Shown piece after piece: positions 1-12,526 of a DNA stretch of 64,000 nucleotides. Where the stretch lies: contig NIVC01000130.1 in assembly GCA_002269645.1 (NCBI GenBank), forward strand, positions 682,001 to 746,000, written 5' to 3'. A program made the translations under genes and the position numbers. The stretch comes from Macrostomum lignano. Taxonomy: Eukaryota. Within the stretch, counting starts at the first letter, position 1. Each line of letters starts with the position of its first letter. The notes under the pieces are model-generated. The model ran no database searches. It saw only the letters and a list, made by a program, of their open reading frames with translations, and had not been told where the DNA came from.

Positions 1-19
1 TGTATATTCTTTGCAACAG

Positions 20-3000
20 GAGAACATCAGTACCCTTGAAAAGCAAATTGAAAAGCTGGAATACGACATCGAGCTGTTGATTGCGAATAGCAAAAAGAAG
101 AAGTTAGATCGCGATGTAAGTTCATAATAGAATTTAGCATCAAATTTTCCTATATTTCTGTACTTTTCCTTCAGTTTTATTGCTTAAAAATCTCTTTTAG
201 AAGCAAGACGAAATGGACTCAAAGAAAGACATTATTGGCAAGCATCGGTTCCACATTCAGCGCCTCGAAGCCATCATGCGAATGCTGGACAATGACAACT
301 TGGAGCTTGAGAAGGTACAAAACGTTATAAGAGTTCGATTTTTGACCAAGATTCCCGACTTCGGGCCTTGGGGACAGGGAAGCTCGGCGATCGGGGGTTT
401 GTCTTGCGATGTCACACTTATGAGGACCAATCCACAATGCGCAGGGAGTGTACATGTCTGACGATTAGAAAGTCAGGTCCACTGTGCACCCTGTGTGAGC
501 GTGTGCATGAGTGCGTGCCTGTGTACAGTATTGGTGCGCTTGTGTGTGCTCAGCAGTCAGCAGAATGAGCAGAATTGTCTTAGGCGCTGCTTGTGGGCCG
601 ATGGCAAGTCATCACCTTGTTTTATTAACTTTCCCAGGTGAAAGACATTAAAGACGACGTTGAGTATTACGTCAATCAAAATGAGGAAGCCGATTTCTGG
701 GAGAACTACAACGAAAATATCTACGACGAACTGGAGTTGGAAGATATTGGCGGTAGGTTGTTAATTTTGTCCTGACTTGCTGACACAAATTTTCAGTAAA
801 TTTTCTGAAAATCATCATGTATTGTCTGTCATTCTCACGACCTTCGTAACACAGCGCTGCCGCTTTTATGACTCAATATCACGAATTTCTTAACACAATC
901 TCGCGACTTTCGCTGACACAATCTCACGACTTTCACTGACACAATCTCACGACTCACTGACACAATCTCACGGCTTTCACTGACACAATCTCACGAATTT
1001 CTTAACACAATCTCACGACTTTCGCTGACACAATCTCACGGCTTTCACTGACACAATCTCACGGCTTTCACTGACACAATCTCACGACTTTCACTGACAC
1101 AATCTCACGACTTTCACTGACACAATCTCACGACTTTCACTGACACAATCTCACGACTTTCACTGACACAATCTCACGACTCACTGACACAATCTCACGA
1201 CTTTCACTGACACAATCTCACGACTTTCACTGACACAATCTCACGACTCACTGACACAATCTCACGACTTTCGCTGACACAATCTCACGACTTTCACTGA
1301 CACAATCTCACGACTTACTGACACAATCTCACGACTTACTGACACAATCTCACGACTTTCACTGACACAATCTCACGACTTACTGACACAATCTCACGGC
1401 TTTCACTGACACAATCTCACGACTTACTGACACAATCTCACGACTTACTGACACAATCTCACGGCTTTCACTGACACAATCTCACGACTTACTGACACAA
1501 TCTTACGACTTTCACTAACACAATCTCACGGCTTTCACTGACACAATCTCACGGCATTCACTGACAATCTCACGACTTTCACTGACACAATCTCACGACT
1601 TACTGACACAATCTCACGACTTTCACTGACACAATCTCACGACTTACTGACACAATCTCACGACTTACTGACACAATCTCACGACTTACTGACACAATCT
1701 CACGACTTTCACTGACACAATCTCACGACTTTCACTGACACAATCTCACGGCTTTCACTGACAATCTCACGACTTTCACTGACACAATCTCACGACTTAC
1801 TGACACAATCTCACGACTTACTGACACAATCTCACGACTTTCACTGACACAATCTCACGACTTACTGACACAATCTCACGACTTACTGACACAATCTCAC
1901 GACTTTCACTGACACAATCTCACAGCCTTCCTGACGCTGGTATCCAACAACACCCTCCTACATCCGCAGCAATCCTCGCAACTTCGCCGCACGACTCCGT
2001 TGACGAGACCACTCTGTCAGCCTCTATGGCAGCCGCAGCCGCCGCCGCCTCTGCGACCCCAACGACAACGTCTGCAACCAACGACAGTCAGCCTGCTGCT
2101 GCTCCACCGGCCGCATCAACCAGATCTGCATCCAGTGCATCCGCCGCCGCCACCACCGCTGCGACCGCTTATTCGGAGTCGACTCAGCCGCAGTCGCCGT
2201 TGACTCCGGCATCGCAGTCCGCGCACCCGCAGCCTCCGCCGCCGTTGATTCTGCCTTCTCAGCATCAGCACAACCAGCAGCAGCAGCAGCAGCCGCTGAT
2301 GTCCACCGCCGTTGCGAATCCGGCCGTTTCTTCTGGTTCTGCCGCTGCTCAGTCTCAGGCTGTGAAGTCACAGCTTCTGCCACAGCAGCAACAACAGCAG
2401 CAACAACAGCAACAGCAGCAGCAGATGGCACAGAATGTCACTACAGGCGGCAGCAGTCAGGCTACAAACGATGGCTCGGATCGCGAAGGCTCGACCGCTT
2501 CTGTTTCTGAAGTGGCGTCGCCTTCGGTGCTGTCTGGCGGGCAGCTGAAATCGCAGGACTTGTTCTCTAATCTGGGTGAGCCATTGTGGCGCCTCCGTTT
2601 TGTCAGCTTCTAGGTTATCCATCAAGGATGTGGTTTATCCACATCCTCTCAATGTTCAGTTGGGGGTTATCCACATCCTCCCAATGTTCAGCTGGGTTAT
2701 CCACATCTTCCCAAAGTTCAGGTGGAGGTTATCCACATCCTCCCAATGTTCAGGTGGGGTTATTCACATCCTATGTTAAGATGGAGGGTATCCACATCCA
2801 ATGTTCAGGTGGAGGTTATCCACATCCAATGTTCAGGTTAAGGTTATCCTCATCCTCCCAATGTTCAGGTGGGGTTATCCACATCCTCCCAATGTTCAGG
2901 TGGGGTTATCCACATCCTCCAAATGTTCAGGTGGGGGTTATCCACATCCTCCTAATGTTCAGGTGGAGGGTATCCACATCCAATGTTCAGGTTAAGGTTA

Positions 3001-5054
3001 TCCTCATCCTCCCAATGTTCAGGTGGGGTTATCCACATCCTCCCAATGTTCAGGTGGGGTTATCCACATCCTCCAAATGTTCAGGTGGGGGTTATCCACA
3101 TCCTCCTAATGTTCAGGTGGAGGGTATCCGCATCCAATGTTCAGGTTAAGGTTATCCACATCCTCCTAATGTTCAGGTGGGGGTTATCCTCATCCTCCCA
3201 ATGTTCAGGTGGGGTTATCCACATCCTCCCAATGTTCAGGTGGGGTTATCCACATCCTCCAAATGTTCAGGTGGGGTTATCCACATCCTCCAAATGTTCA
3301 GGTGGGGGTTATCCACATCCTCCTAATGTTCAGGTGGAGGTTATCCACATCCTCCAAATGTTCAGGTGGGGTTATCCACATCCTTCAAATGTTCAGGTGG
3401 GGGTTATCCACATCCTCCTAATGTTCAGGTGGAGGTTATCCACATCCAATGTTCAGGTTAAGGTTATCCTCATCCTCCCAATGTTCAGGTGGGGTTATCC
3501 ACATCCTCCCAATGTTCAGGTGGGGTTATCCACATCCTCCAAATGTTCAGGTGGGGGTTATCCACATCCTCCTAATGTTCAGGTGGAGGGTATCCACATC
3601 CAATGTTCAGGTTAAGGTTATCCTCATCCTCCCAATGTTCAGGTGGGGTTATCCACATCCTCCCAATGTTCAGGTGGGGTTATCCACATCCTCCAAATGT
3701 TCAGGTGGGGGTTATCCACATCCTCCTAATGTTCAGGTGGAGGGTATCCGCATCCAATGTTCAGGTTAAGGTTATCCACATCCTCCTAATGTTCAGGTGG
3801 GGGTTATCCTCATCCTCCCAATGTTCAGGTGGGGTTATCCACATCCTCCCAATGTTCAGGTGGGGTTATCCACATCCTCCAAATGTTCAGGTGGGGTTAT
3901 CCACATCCTCCAAATGTTCAGGTGGAGGGTATCCGCATCCTTTCAGTCTTGAGGGGTGGTTATCTACATTCTTACCAGCCTTAGGAGAAAAGTTATCCAC
4001 ATCCTCCCAACGCTCATTAATCCCATAATCCCCATAAATCGCTGCAGGCGGCAGCGCCAATTCGCAGTCCAGCAGTCAGGGGGGCGGCAGCGTCGGTGGC
4101 GGCGGTCTGCAATCGCTGCTCAGACTGAGCCAGGCGGGCCTGACGCCGCAGCACCAGTTGCTTCTGCAGCAGCAACAACAGCAGCAGCAGCAGACTGCAT
4201 CGTCGCTTCTGTCAGGCGGTGACGGCATCGGTGGATCATCAGTCGAGCCGCTTCTGCAGCAGCGCTCCGGTGGCATCCGCAGTCTGGCCGCCTCAGCTGC
4301 TGCTGCAGCCAACACCCAGCAGCAGCAACTGTTGCTTCAACAGCAGCAGCAGCAAGCGGCGGCTTCGTCAGGCAACTACTATGGCCAATCCACTGATCAG
4401 GCCCACCCAGCCGACCTGAAGCAGCTGTCATCGCAGGCTATTCTGGCTCGCCAACAACAGCAGCAGCCAGTTGTCTCCGTAGCCGGTTATCATCCGTCTT
4501 CGTACCTGACCTCCGCAGCTGCCCAGCAGCAGCAGCAGCAGCAGCAACAGGCTCAGCAACATCTGCAGACAATCCGACTCGACCCAATGTCCATAGCCGC
4601 CCCGTTACGGTCCCAGACTCCGCCTAGGCTGCAGGAGGCGCTCAGCAAGTTGGAGAACGGCTTCAAGAAGCTGCCGCACGCCGCCGATTCTGAACGATTT
4701 CGGCAGCACACAACGCATAATCCTACTCAGGTGCCGCCCTATTATCCGCAGTCGCCGCCGCCGGGCATGGACACCGAGGAGTTCTACGCCCGGCTAGACG
4801 TGCACACTCTGTTCTTCATCTTCTACTACTTCGAGGGCACCAAAGCCCAGTACTTGGCCGCTAAAACATTGAAGAAAATGTCCTGGCGATTCCACACCAA
4901 ATATCTGATGTGGTTCCAACGCCACGAGGAGCCCAAAACCATCACGGACGATTTCGAGAAGGGCACCTACGTTTATTACGACTACGAGAAGGCGGTGCAA
5001 AAGCGACGCGACTTCACGTTCGAGTACAAGTACCTTGAGGACAAGGATCTGTGA
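20..5054 (+). CDS. CNOT3: CCR4-NOT transcription complex subunit 3 (5'-partial). Exons 20-115, 201-314, 638-752, 1970-2575, 4048-5054
   Basis: Exons 1-3 translate to [32 protein letters not shown]|[38 protein letters not shown]|[37 protein letters not shown] (Not3 N-terminal domain). The last exon encodes the NOT-box ([52 protein letters not shown]...[10 protein letters not shown]). All introns are GT-AG with matching phases (0,0,1,1); exon sum 1938 nt is divisible by 3. Confidence 0.95.
890..1925. repeat. Intronic minisatellite, 21/23-bp unit (ACTGACACAATCTCACGACTTTC)
   Basis: Directly visible tandem array inside CNOT3 intron 753-1969, with degenerate copies leading into it. Confidence 0.95.
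2612..3940 (+). repeat. Intronic minisatellite, ~31-32-bp unit (GGTTATCCACATCCTCCCAATGTTCAGGTGGG)
   Basis: Tandem array in CNOT3 intron 2576-4047; source of the spurious ORFs at 2586-4028. Confidence 0.95.
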
Positions 5055-5644
5055 GACTGCGGCTTCTATAAATAAGCACAATGGATGTAATAGGTGTGCG
5101 CTAATACCAAGGACTGGCTCTGTCCGCGTGTCCGTCTCTATACATAACCATACACATTCACTCATTCACTATAAGCGTTTGAAGATTTATATGACGGCAT
5201 TTTTGCCAACAAGTCAACCGTATCTAGGGACACCCAGTGCGCGTATTTCTTCTGTCTACGAGTACTACCCTTCTGAACTTCTCAGTCATCGATTTCTTCT
5301 GATCTGCTTCTTCTTTGTCGTCTGTCTGTCTCTGTCTTATTGTTTGTTGGTTCGCTGCACCCATTCTCCCTCTCAACTCCCCGGCCATTGACTGCATCTG
5401 TGTCACTTCTTATTACCTATTATACGACATAATATAACTAACTAAAAAAGTGGTTTTAAAACGGCAGTAATGAAACAAAAAACATTTTGACAAGTTTACT
5501 ACTTCTTTCGTGTTTTTTGCTTCCATTCTTACACAAATTTTCTTTGAATTTGCTGACAAAACTCATAGCGACTCTTGTTCTCCACATGAGTAAGTTTCGC
5601 CCTAATTTAAAGGCAAACAGCGCTGACTAGCAGTGCTCTCTGAA

Positions 5645-7220
5645 TTTTGGGAGGATGTGCGGTCACCCACTGAAGCTTGGGAGGATGTCCATAACCCAGT
5701 CACTGAAGCTTGGGAGGGTGTGCATAACCAGTCACTGAAGCTTGGGAGGATGTGCAGTCACCCACTGAAGGTAGGGAGGATGTGCATAACCAGCCACTGG
5801 AGGTTGGGAGGATGTGCATAACCAGCCACTGAAGGTTGGGAGGATGTGCATAACCAGCCACTGGAGGTTGGGAGGATGTGCATAACCAGCCACTGAAGGT
5901 TGGGAGGATGTGCATAACCACCCACTGAAGGTTGGGAGGATGTGCATAACCAGCCACTGGAGGTTGGGAGGATGTGCATAACCACCCACTGAAGGTTGGG
6001 AGGATGTGCATAACCAGTCACTGAAGGTTGGGAGGATGTGCATAGTCACCCACTGAAGGTTGGGAGGATGTGCATAACCAGCCACTGAAGGTTGGGAGGA
6101 TGTGCATAACCAGCCACTGAAGGTTGGGAGGATGTGCATAACCAGCCACTGAAGGTTGGGAGGATGTGCATAACCAGCCACTGAAGGTTGGGAGGATGTG
6201 CATAACCAGCCACTGAAGGTTGGGAGGATGTGCATAACCAGCCACTGAAGGTTGGGAGGATGTGCATAACCACCCACTGAAGGTTGGGAGGATGTGCATA
6301 ACCAGCCACTGAAGGTTGGGAGGATGTGCATAACCAGCCACTGAAGGTTGGGAGGATGTGCATAACCAGCCACTGAAGGTTGGGAGGATGTGCATAACCA
6401 GCCACTGAAGGTTGGGAGGATGTGCATAACCAGCCACTGAAGGTTGGGAGGATGTGCATAACCACCCACTGAAGGTTGGGAGGATGTGCATAACCACCCA
6501 CTGAAGGTTGGGAGGATGTGCATAACCAGTCACTGAAGGTTGGGAGGATGTGCATAGTCACCCACTGAAGGTTGGGAGGATGTGCATAACCAGCCACTGA
6601 AGGTTGGGAGGATGTGCATAACCAGCCACTGAAGGTTGGGAGGATGTGCATAACCAGCCACTGGAGGTTGGGAGGATGTGCATAACCACCCACTGAAGGT
6701 TGGGAGGATGTGCATAACCAGTCACTGAAGGTTGGGAGGATGTGCATAGTCACCCACTGAAGGTTGGGAGGATGTGCATAACCAGCCACTGAAGGTTGGG
6801 AGGATGTGCATAACCAGCCACTGAAGGTTGGGAGGATGTGCATAACCACCCACTGAAGGTTGGGAGGATGTGCATAACCAGCCACTGAAGGTTGGGAGGA
6901 TGTGCATAACCAGCCACTGAAGGTTGGGAGGTTGTGCATAACCAGCCACTGAAGGTTGGGAGGATGTGCATAACCACCCACTGAAGGTTGGGAGGTTGTG
7001 CATAACCAGCCACTGAAGGTTGGGAGGTTGTGCATAACCAGCCACTGAAGGTTGGGAGGATGTGCATAACCACCCACTGAAGGTTGGGAGGATGTGCATA
7101 ACCAGCCACTGAAGGTTGGGAGGATGTGCATAACCAGCCACTGAAGGTTGGGAGGATGTGCATAACCAGCCACTGAAGGTTGGGAGGATGTGCATAACCA
7201 CCCACTGAAGGTTGGGAGGA
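5645..7220 (-). repeat. 32-bp minisatellite (CACTGAAGGTTGGGAGGATGTGCATAACCAGC), inverted relative of the 2612-3940 array
   Basis: About 49 near-identical units; the reverse complement GGTTATGCACATCCTCCCAACCTTCAGTGG aligns with the intronic unit. Confidence 0.95.
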
Positions 7221-7559
7221 CTGGTAGCTATAGTCGATGGCTCCAAATCCTGAAGAATTTAATTTTTCTCAGCAACCACAGGATTTTGCAATTGGCTCGA
7301 CATGCAGCTACGCTCGTGCGTGGCTTGATTTAATTTCTGTTGCGGAATAATTAAAGTACATGTATAACAAACTTCATTTATGGGAGGCTTGCGTAATCTT
7401 TGAACCGCTTAGATTGAAGGTTGTGTCATATGGTATCATATTTTTCACAACAAGAATGGTGTCATATTTATACATGTATCTCTTTAACTAAAGAAACCCT
7501 ACTTTTAAATCCGGAGTTAGGTTAAACGCGTAAAAGCTTCCAACAGTGAGAGTGACAGA

Positions 7560-9600
7560 TCTTAGCACTCTGAGTCTGTCACTCTTCAGATCTGTAACTC
7601 TGAATCTGTAACTTTCAGATCTCTTACAATTAACAGCCAACTAACAGTTAGTACTCTTCACAACTAACAGATTGAATCTGTCACTCTCAGTACTATCAGA
7701 TGGGCACTCTGAATCTGTCACTCTCAGTACTGTCAGATCGGCACTCTGAATCTGTCACTCTCAGTACTGTCAGATCGGCACTCTGAATCTGTCACTCTCA
7801 GTACTGTCAGATCGGCACTCTAAATCCGTCGCTCTCAGTACTGTCAGATCGGCACTCTGAATCTGTCACTCTCAGTACTATCAGATCGGCACTCTGAATC
7901 TGTCACTCTCACACTACTGCCAGATTAGCACTCTGAATCTGTCACTCTCACTACTGTCGTATTGGCACTCTGAATCTGTCACTGATCTCACTCCTGTCAG
8001 ATCGGCACTCTGAATCTGTCACTCTCACTACTGTCGTATTGGCACTCTGAATCTGTCACTCTTCACAACTATCAGATTGGCACTCTGAATCTGTCACTCT
8101 TCACAACTATCAGATTGGCACTCTGAATCTGTCACTCTCACTCCTGTCAGATCGGCACTCTGAATCTGTCACTCTTACTACTATCAGATCAGCACTCTGA
8201 ATCTGTCACTCTCACTACTATCAGATCGGCACTCTGAATCTGTCACTCTCACTCCTGTCAGATCGGCACTCTGAATCTGTCACTCTTACTACTGTCAGAT
8301 CGGCACTCTGAATCTGTCACTCTTACTACTATCAGATCGGCACTCTGAATCTGTCACTTTTACTACTATCAGATCGGCACTCTGAATCTGTCACTCTTAC
8401 TACTATCAGATCGGCACTCTGAATCTGTCACTCTTCACAACTATCAGATTGGCACTCTGAATCTGTCACTCTCACTTCTGTCAGATCGGCACTCTGAATC
8501 TGTCACTCTTACTACTATCAGATCGGCACTCTGAATCTGTCACTCTCACTACTATCAGATTGGCACTCTGAATCTGTCACTCTCACTCCTGTCAGATCGG
8601 CACTCTGAATCTGTCACTCTTACTACTGTCAGATCGGCACTCTGAATCTGTCACTCTTACTACTATCAGATCGGCACTCTGAATCTGTCACTTTTACTAC
8701 TATCAGATCGGCACTCTGAATCTGTCACTCTTACTACTATCAGATCGGCACTCTGAATCTGTCACTCTTCACAACTATCAGATTGGCACTCTGAATCTGT
8801 CACTCTCACTCCTGTCAGATCGGCACTCTGAATCTGTCACTCTTACTACTATCAGATCGGCACTCTGAATCTGTCACTCTCACTACTATCAGATTGGCAC
8901 TCTGAATCTGTCACTCTCACTCCTGTCAGATCGGCACTCTGAATCTGTCACTCTTACTACTGTCAGATCGGCACTCTGAATCTGTCACTCTTACTACTAT
9001 CAGATCGGCACTCTGAATCTGTCACTTTTACTACTATCAGATCGGCACTCTGAATCTGTCACTCTTACTACTATCAGATCGGCACTCTGAATCTGTCACT
9101 CTTCACAACTATCAGATTGGCACTCTGAATCTGTCACTCTCACTCCTGTCAGATCGGCACTCTGAATCTGTCACTCTTACTACTATCAGATCGGCACTCT
9201 GAATCTGTCACTCTCACTACTATCAGATTGGCACTCTGAATCTGTCACTCTCTTTCCTGTCAGATCGGCACTCTGAATCTGTCACTCTTACTACTGTCAG
9301 ATCGGCACTCTGAATCTGTCACTCTCACTCCTGTCAGATCGGCACTCTGAATCTGTCACTCTTACTACTATCAGATCGGCACTCTGAATCTGTCACTCTT
9401 ACTACTATCAGATCGGCACTCTGAATCTGTCACTCTCACTCCTGTCAGATCGGCACTCTGAATCTGTCACTCTTACTACTATCAGATCGGCACTCTGAAT
9501 CTGTCACTCTTACTACTATCAGATCGGCACTCTGAATCTGTCACTCTCACTCCTGTCAGATCGGCACTCTGAATCTGTCACTCTCACTTCTGTCCCATTT
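7560..9600 (+). repeat. 37-38-bp minisatellite (CAGATCGGCACTCTGAATCTGTCACTCTTACTACTAT), left arm of a foldback-like structure
   Basis: Tandem array visible directly. Confidence 0.95.
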
Positions 9601-10124
9601 GGCAGTTTAGATCTGACACTCTCCCAGTTGGTAAGGAGGCGGTTCGTCTAGAAATTATCAGTCTATGAAATTTTGTTTTACTTCATAAGCTTAACGCTGC
9701 AGATACTCACAAGTGGCATTACATGTAGCTGCACATTTTGTTCTCTTGCTCATTGAATCGAAGTGTATAAATAATAAATAAATAGCTACAGTGACAAAAC
9801 AGACCATTTTTACAATTGGCATCCAATTAATAGCAATAAAATGGAAATTTACTACGAGCTACTAGTGGATTATCTCTATATTTTGCTGTCCTAAAATTGG
9901 AGCTCAGTCGTCCATTGTTAAACAGAAATGCTTATTTTTTCCTTAATTTTAATTGCAGTTGGGGCCGCTGCTATTAAAGCGTTTAAGCAATAAAAAATCA
10001 TTTATGCTGGAGTCAGACTGATTTCGGAACTAGATCAAAGACGCGAAATTCTGGGAATCATAATTATGATTTCTCTTATCAGATTCACTCTTTTTGTTCT
10101 GACTATGCTAATTAATCTGCCAAT

Positions 10125-10893
10125 CTGACAGTAGTGAGAGTGACAGATTCAGAGTGCCAATCTGGCAGTAGTGAGAGTGACAGATTCAGAGTGCCAATCT
10201 GATAGTTGTGAAGAGTGACAGATTCAGAGTGCCAATCTGATAGTTGTGAAGAGTGACAGATTCAGAGTGCCAATACGACAGTAGTGAGAGTGACAGATTC
10301 AGAGTGCCAATCTGGCAGTAGTGTGAGAGTGACAGATTTAGAGTGCCAATACGACAGTAGTGAGAGTGACAGATTCAGAGTGCCAATCTGATAGTAGTGA
10401 GAGTGACAGATTCAGAGTGCCAATCTGGCAGTAGTGAGAGTGACAGATTCAGAGTGCCAATCTGATAGTTGTGAAGAGTGACAGATTCAGAGTGCCAATC
10501 TGATAGTTGTGAAGAGTGACAGATTCAGAGTGCCAATACGACAGTAGTGAGAGTGACAGATTCAGAGTGCCAATCTGGCAGTAGTGTGAGAGTGACAGAT
10601 TTAGAGTGCCAATACGACAGTAGTGAGAGTGACAGATTCAGAGTGCCAATCTGATAGTAGTGAGAGTGACAGATTCAGAGTGCCAATCTGATAGTTGTGA
10701 AGAGTGACAGATTCAGAGTGCCAATCTGATAATTGTGAAGAGTGACAGATTCAGAGTGCCAATCTGATAATTGTGAAGAGTGACAGATTCAGAGTGCCAA
10801 TCTGATAGTTGTGAAGAGTGACGGATTCAGAGTGCCAATCTGATAGTTGTGAAGAGTGACAGATTCAGAGTGCCAATCTGGCAGTAGTGAGAG
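10125..10893 (-). repeat. Same 37-38-bp family in inverted orientation (GACAGTAGTGAGAGTGACAGATTCAGAGTGCCAATCT), right arm
   Basis: Unit is the reverse complement of the 7560-9600 unit; ~520-bp unique spacer between the arms. Confidence 0.93.
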
Positions 10894-11118
10894 AAACACG
10901 AACAGAAATTGCCATTACTGTTTGCACTGCAAAGTACATGGCACGTACCGGTCGATCTTAATGCTTGTTTTATGGTTATTGTCTGCAATTAAAACCATGT
11001 TAACAATCGCACTTACTTGACGATAGAAGAGTAAAACAAAAACGCCCCTGAAAAAAAATCAGTTCAAATTGCTCATAATTATTGCTGTTTCCTGCCCTCA
11101 CTTCCGCTGTCTCAAATG

Positions 11119-11127
11119 TATTTATAA
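11119..11127 (+). promoter_or_regulatory. Candidate TATA box (TATTTATAA) of the small peptide gene
   Basis: Lies ~80 nt upstream of the ATG at 11205; position and consensus only. Confidence 0.35.
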
Positions 11128-11204
11128 GCCTACTGTTTTGGCGTGACAAAGCTAATCGAATTTAAACTTTTGGATTCATCAATTTTTTTCGAAACAAAAA
11201 AGCC

Positions 11205-11381
11205 ATGCGTATTTTGTGTCTTGCAGTGCTGCTGATTTGCTCTTTAGCAATGACCACCTTGGCCTGTCACCATCCAGGACATGTGTCTGACTGCAGCTGC
11301 GGTTCCGATCACTGGTGCCGTGGATCACACTCACGTTGCAAAGGCGGCTTCTGCATTGGTCAGGGAGGCTGCTATCACTGA
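11205..11381 (+). CDS. 58-aa secreted cysteine/histidine-rich peptide (defensin/toxin-like), single exon
   Basis: MRILCLAVLLICSLAMTTLA-CHHPGHVSDCSCGSDHWCRGSHSRCKGGFCIGQGGCYH*. Classic signal peptide (basic residue, hydrophobic core, T-L-A cleavage site), good Kozak context (GCCATGC), and AATAAA at 11411-11416. Below the 60-aa cutoff of the ORF track. Confidence 0.8.
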   Translation: MRILCLAVLLICSLAMTTLACHHPGHVSDCSCGSDHWCRGSHSRCKGGFCIGQGGCYH

Positions 11382-11503
11382 GTAGCCAGGCTCAAACATT
11401 TAAGTCTCTGAATAAATAGTACAGCATTGCAACTAACGGCTACTCTTTTGTGCAATGCTAGCATCTACCCAGCTGTGAATTGCCGTCTCAGTTATTTTAA
11501 AAA

Positions 11504-11623
11504 GTCAGTCAGTCAGTCAGTCAGTCAGTCAGTCAGTCAGTCAGTCAGTCAGTCAGTCAGTCAGTCAGTCAGTCAGCCACTCACTCACTCAAGTCAGTCA
11601 GTCAGTCAGTCAGTCAGTCAGTC

Positions 11624-11655
<32 letters not shown>

Positions 11656-12126
11656 AGTCAGTCAGTCAGTCAGTCAGTCAGTCAGTCAGTCAGTCAGTCA
11701 GTCAGTCAGTCAGCCACTCACTCACTCAAGTCAGTCAGTCAGTCAGTCAGTCAGTCAGTCAGTCAGTCAGTCAGTCAGTCAGTCAGTCAGTCAGTCAGTC
11801 AGTCAGTCAGTCAGTCAGTCAGTCAGTCAGTCAGTCAGTCAGTCAGTCAGTCAGTCAGTCAGTCAGTCAGTCAGTCAGTCAGTCAGTCAGTCAGCCACTC
11901 ACTCACTCAAGTCAGTCAGTCAGTCAGTCAGTCAGTCAGTCAGTCAGTCAGTCAGTCAGTCAGTCAGTCAGTCAGTCAGTCAGTCAGTCAGTCAGTCAGT
12001 CAGTCAGTCAGTCAGTCAGTCAGTCAGTCAGTCAGTCAGTCAGTCAGCCACTCACTCACTCAAGTCAGTCAGTCAGTCAGTCAGTCAGTCAGTCAGTCAG
12101 TCAGTCAGTCAGTCAGTCAGTCAGTC

Positions 12127-12158
<32 letters not shown>

Positions 12159-12526
12159 AGTCAGTCAGTCAGTCAGTCAGTCAGTCAGTCAGTCAGTCAG
12201 TCAGTCAGTCAGTCAGTCAGTCAGCCACTCACTCACTCAAGTCAGTCAGTCAGTCAGTCAGTCAGTCAGTCAGTCAGTCAGTCAGTCAGTCAGTCAGTCA
12301 GTCAGTCAGTCAGTCAGTCAGTCAGTCAGCCACTCACTCACTCAAGTCAGTCAGTCAGTCAGTCAGTCAGTCAGCCACTCACTCACTCAAGTCAGTCAGT
12401 CAGTCAGTCAGTCAGTCAGTCAGTCAGTCAGTCAGTCAGTCAGTCAGTCAGTCAGTCAGTCAGTCAGTCAGTCAGTCAGTCAGTCAGTCAGTCAGTCAGT
12501 CAGTCAGTCAGTCAGTCAGTCAGTCT
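11504..12526. repeat. (GTCA)n microsatellite with recurring GCCACTCACTCACTCAA interruptions
   Basis: Directly visible; source of the 418-aa SVSQ ORF. Confidence 0.97.

Noticed and set aside
2576-7246. Numerous long ORFs ([10 protein letters not shown] and MHILPTFSGW repeats)
   Set aside because: Translations of 31-32-bp satellites. The unit length is not a multiple of 3, so all frames cycle the same peptide; the first array lies in a phase-consistent CNOT3 intron.
5645-9600. CRISPR-like regular repeats
   Set aside because: Units are head-to-tail with no unique spacers, there are no cas genes, and the context is eukaryotic.
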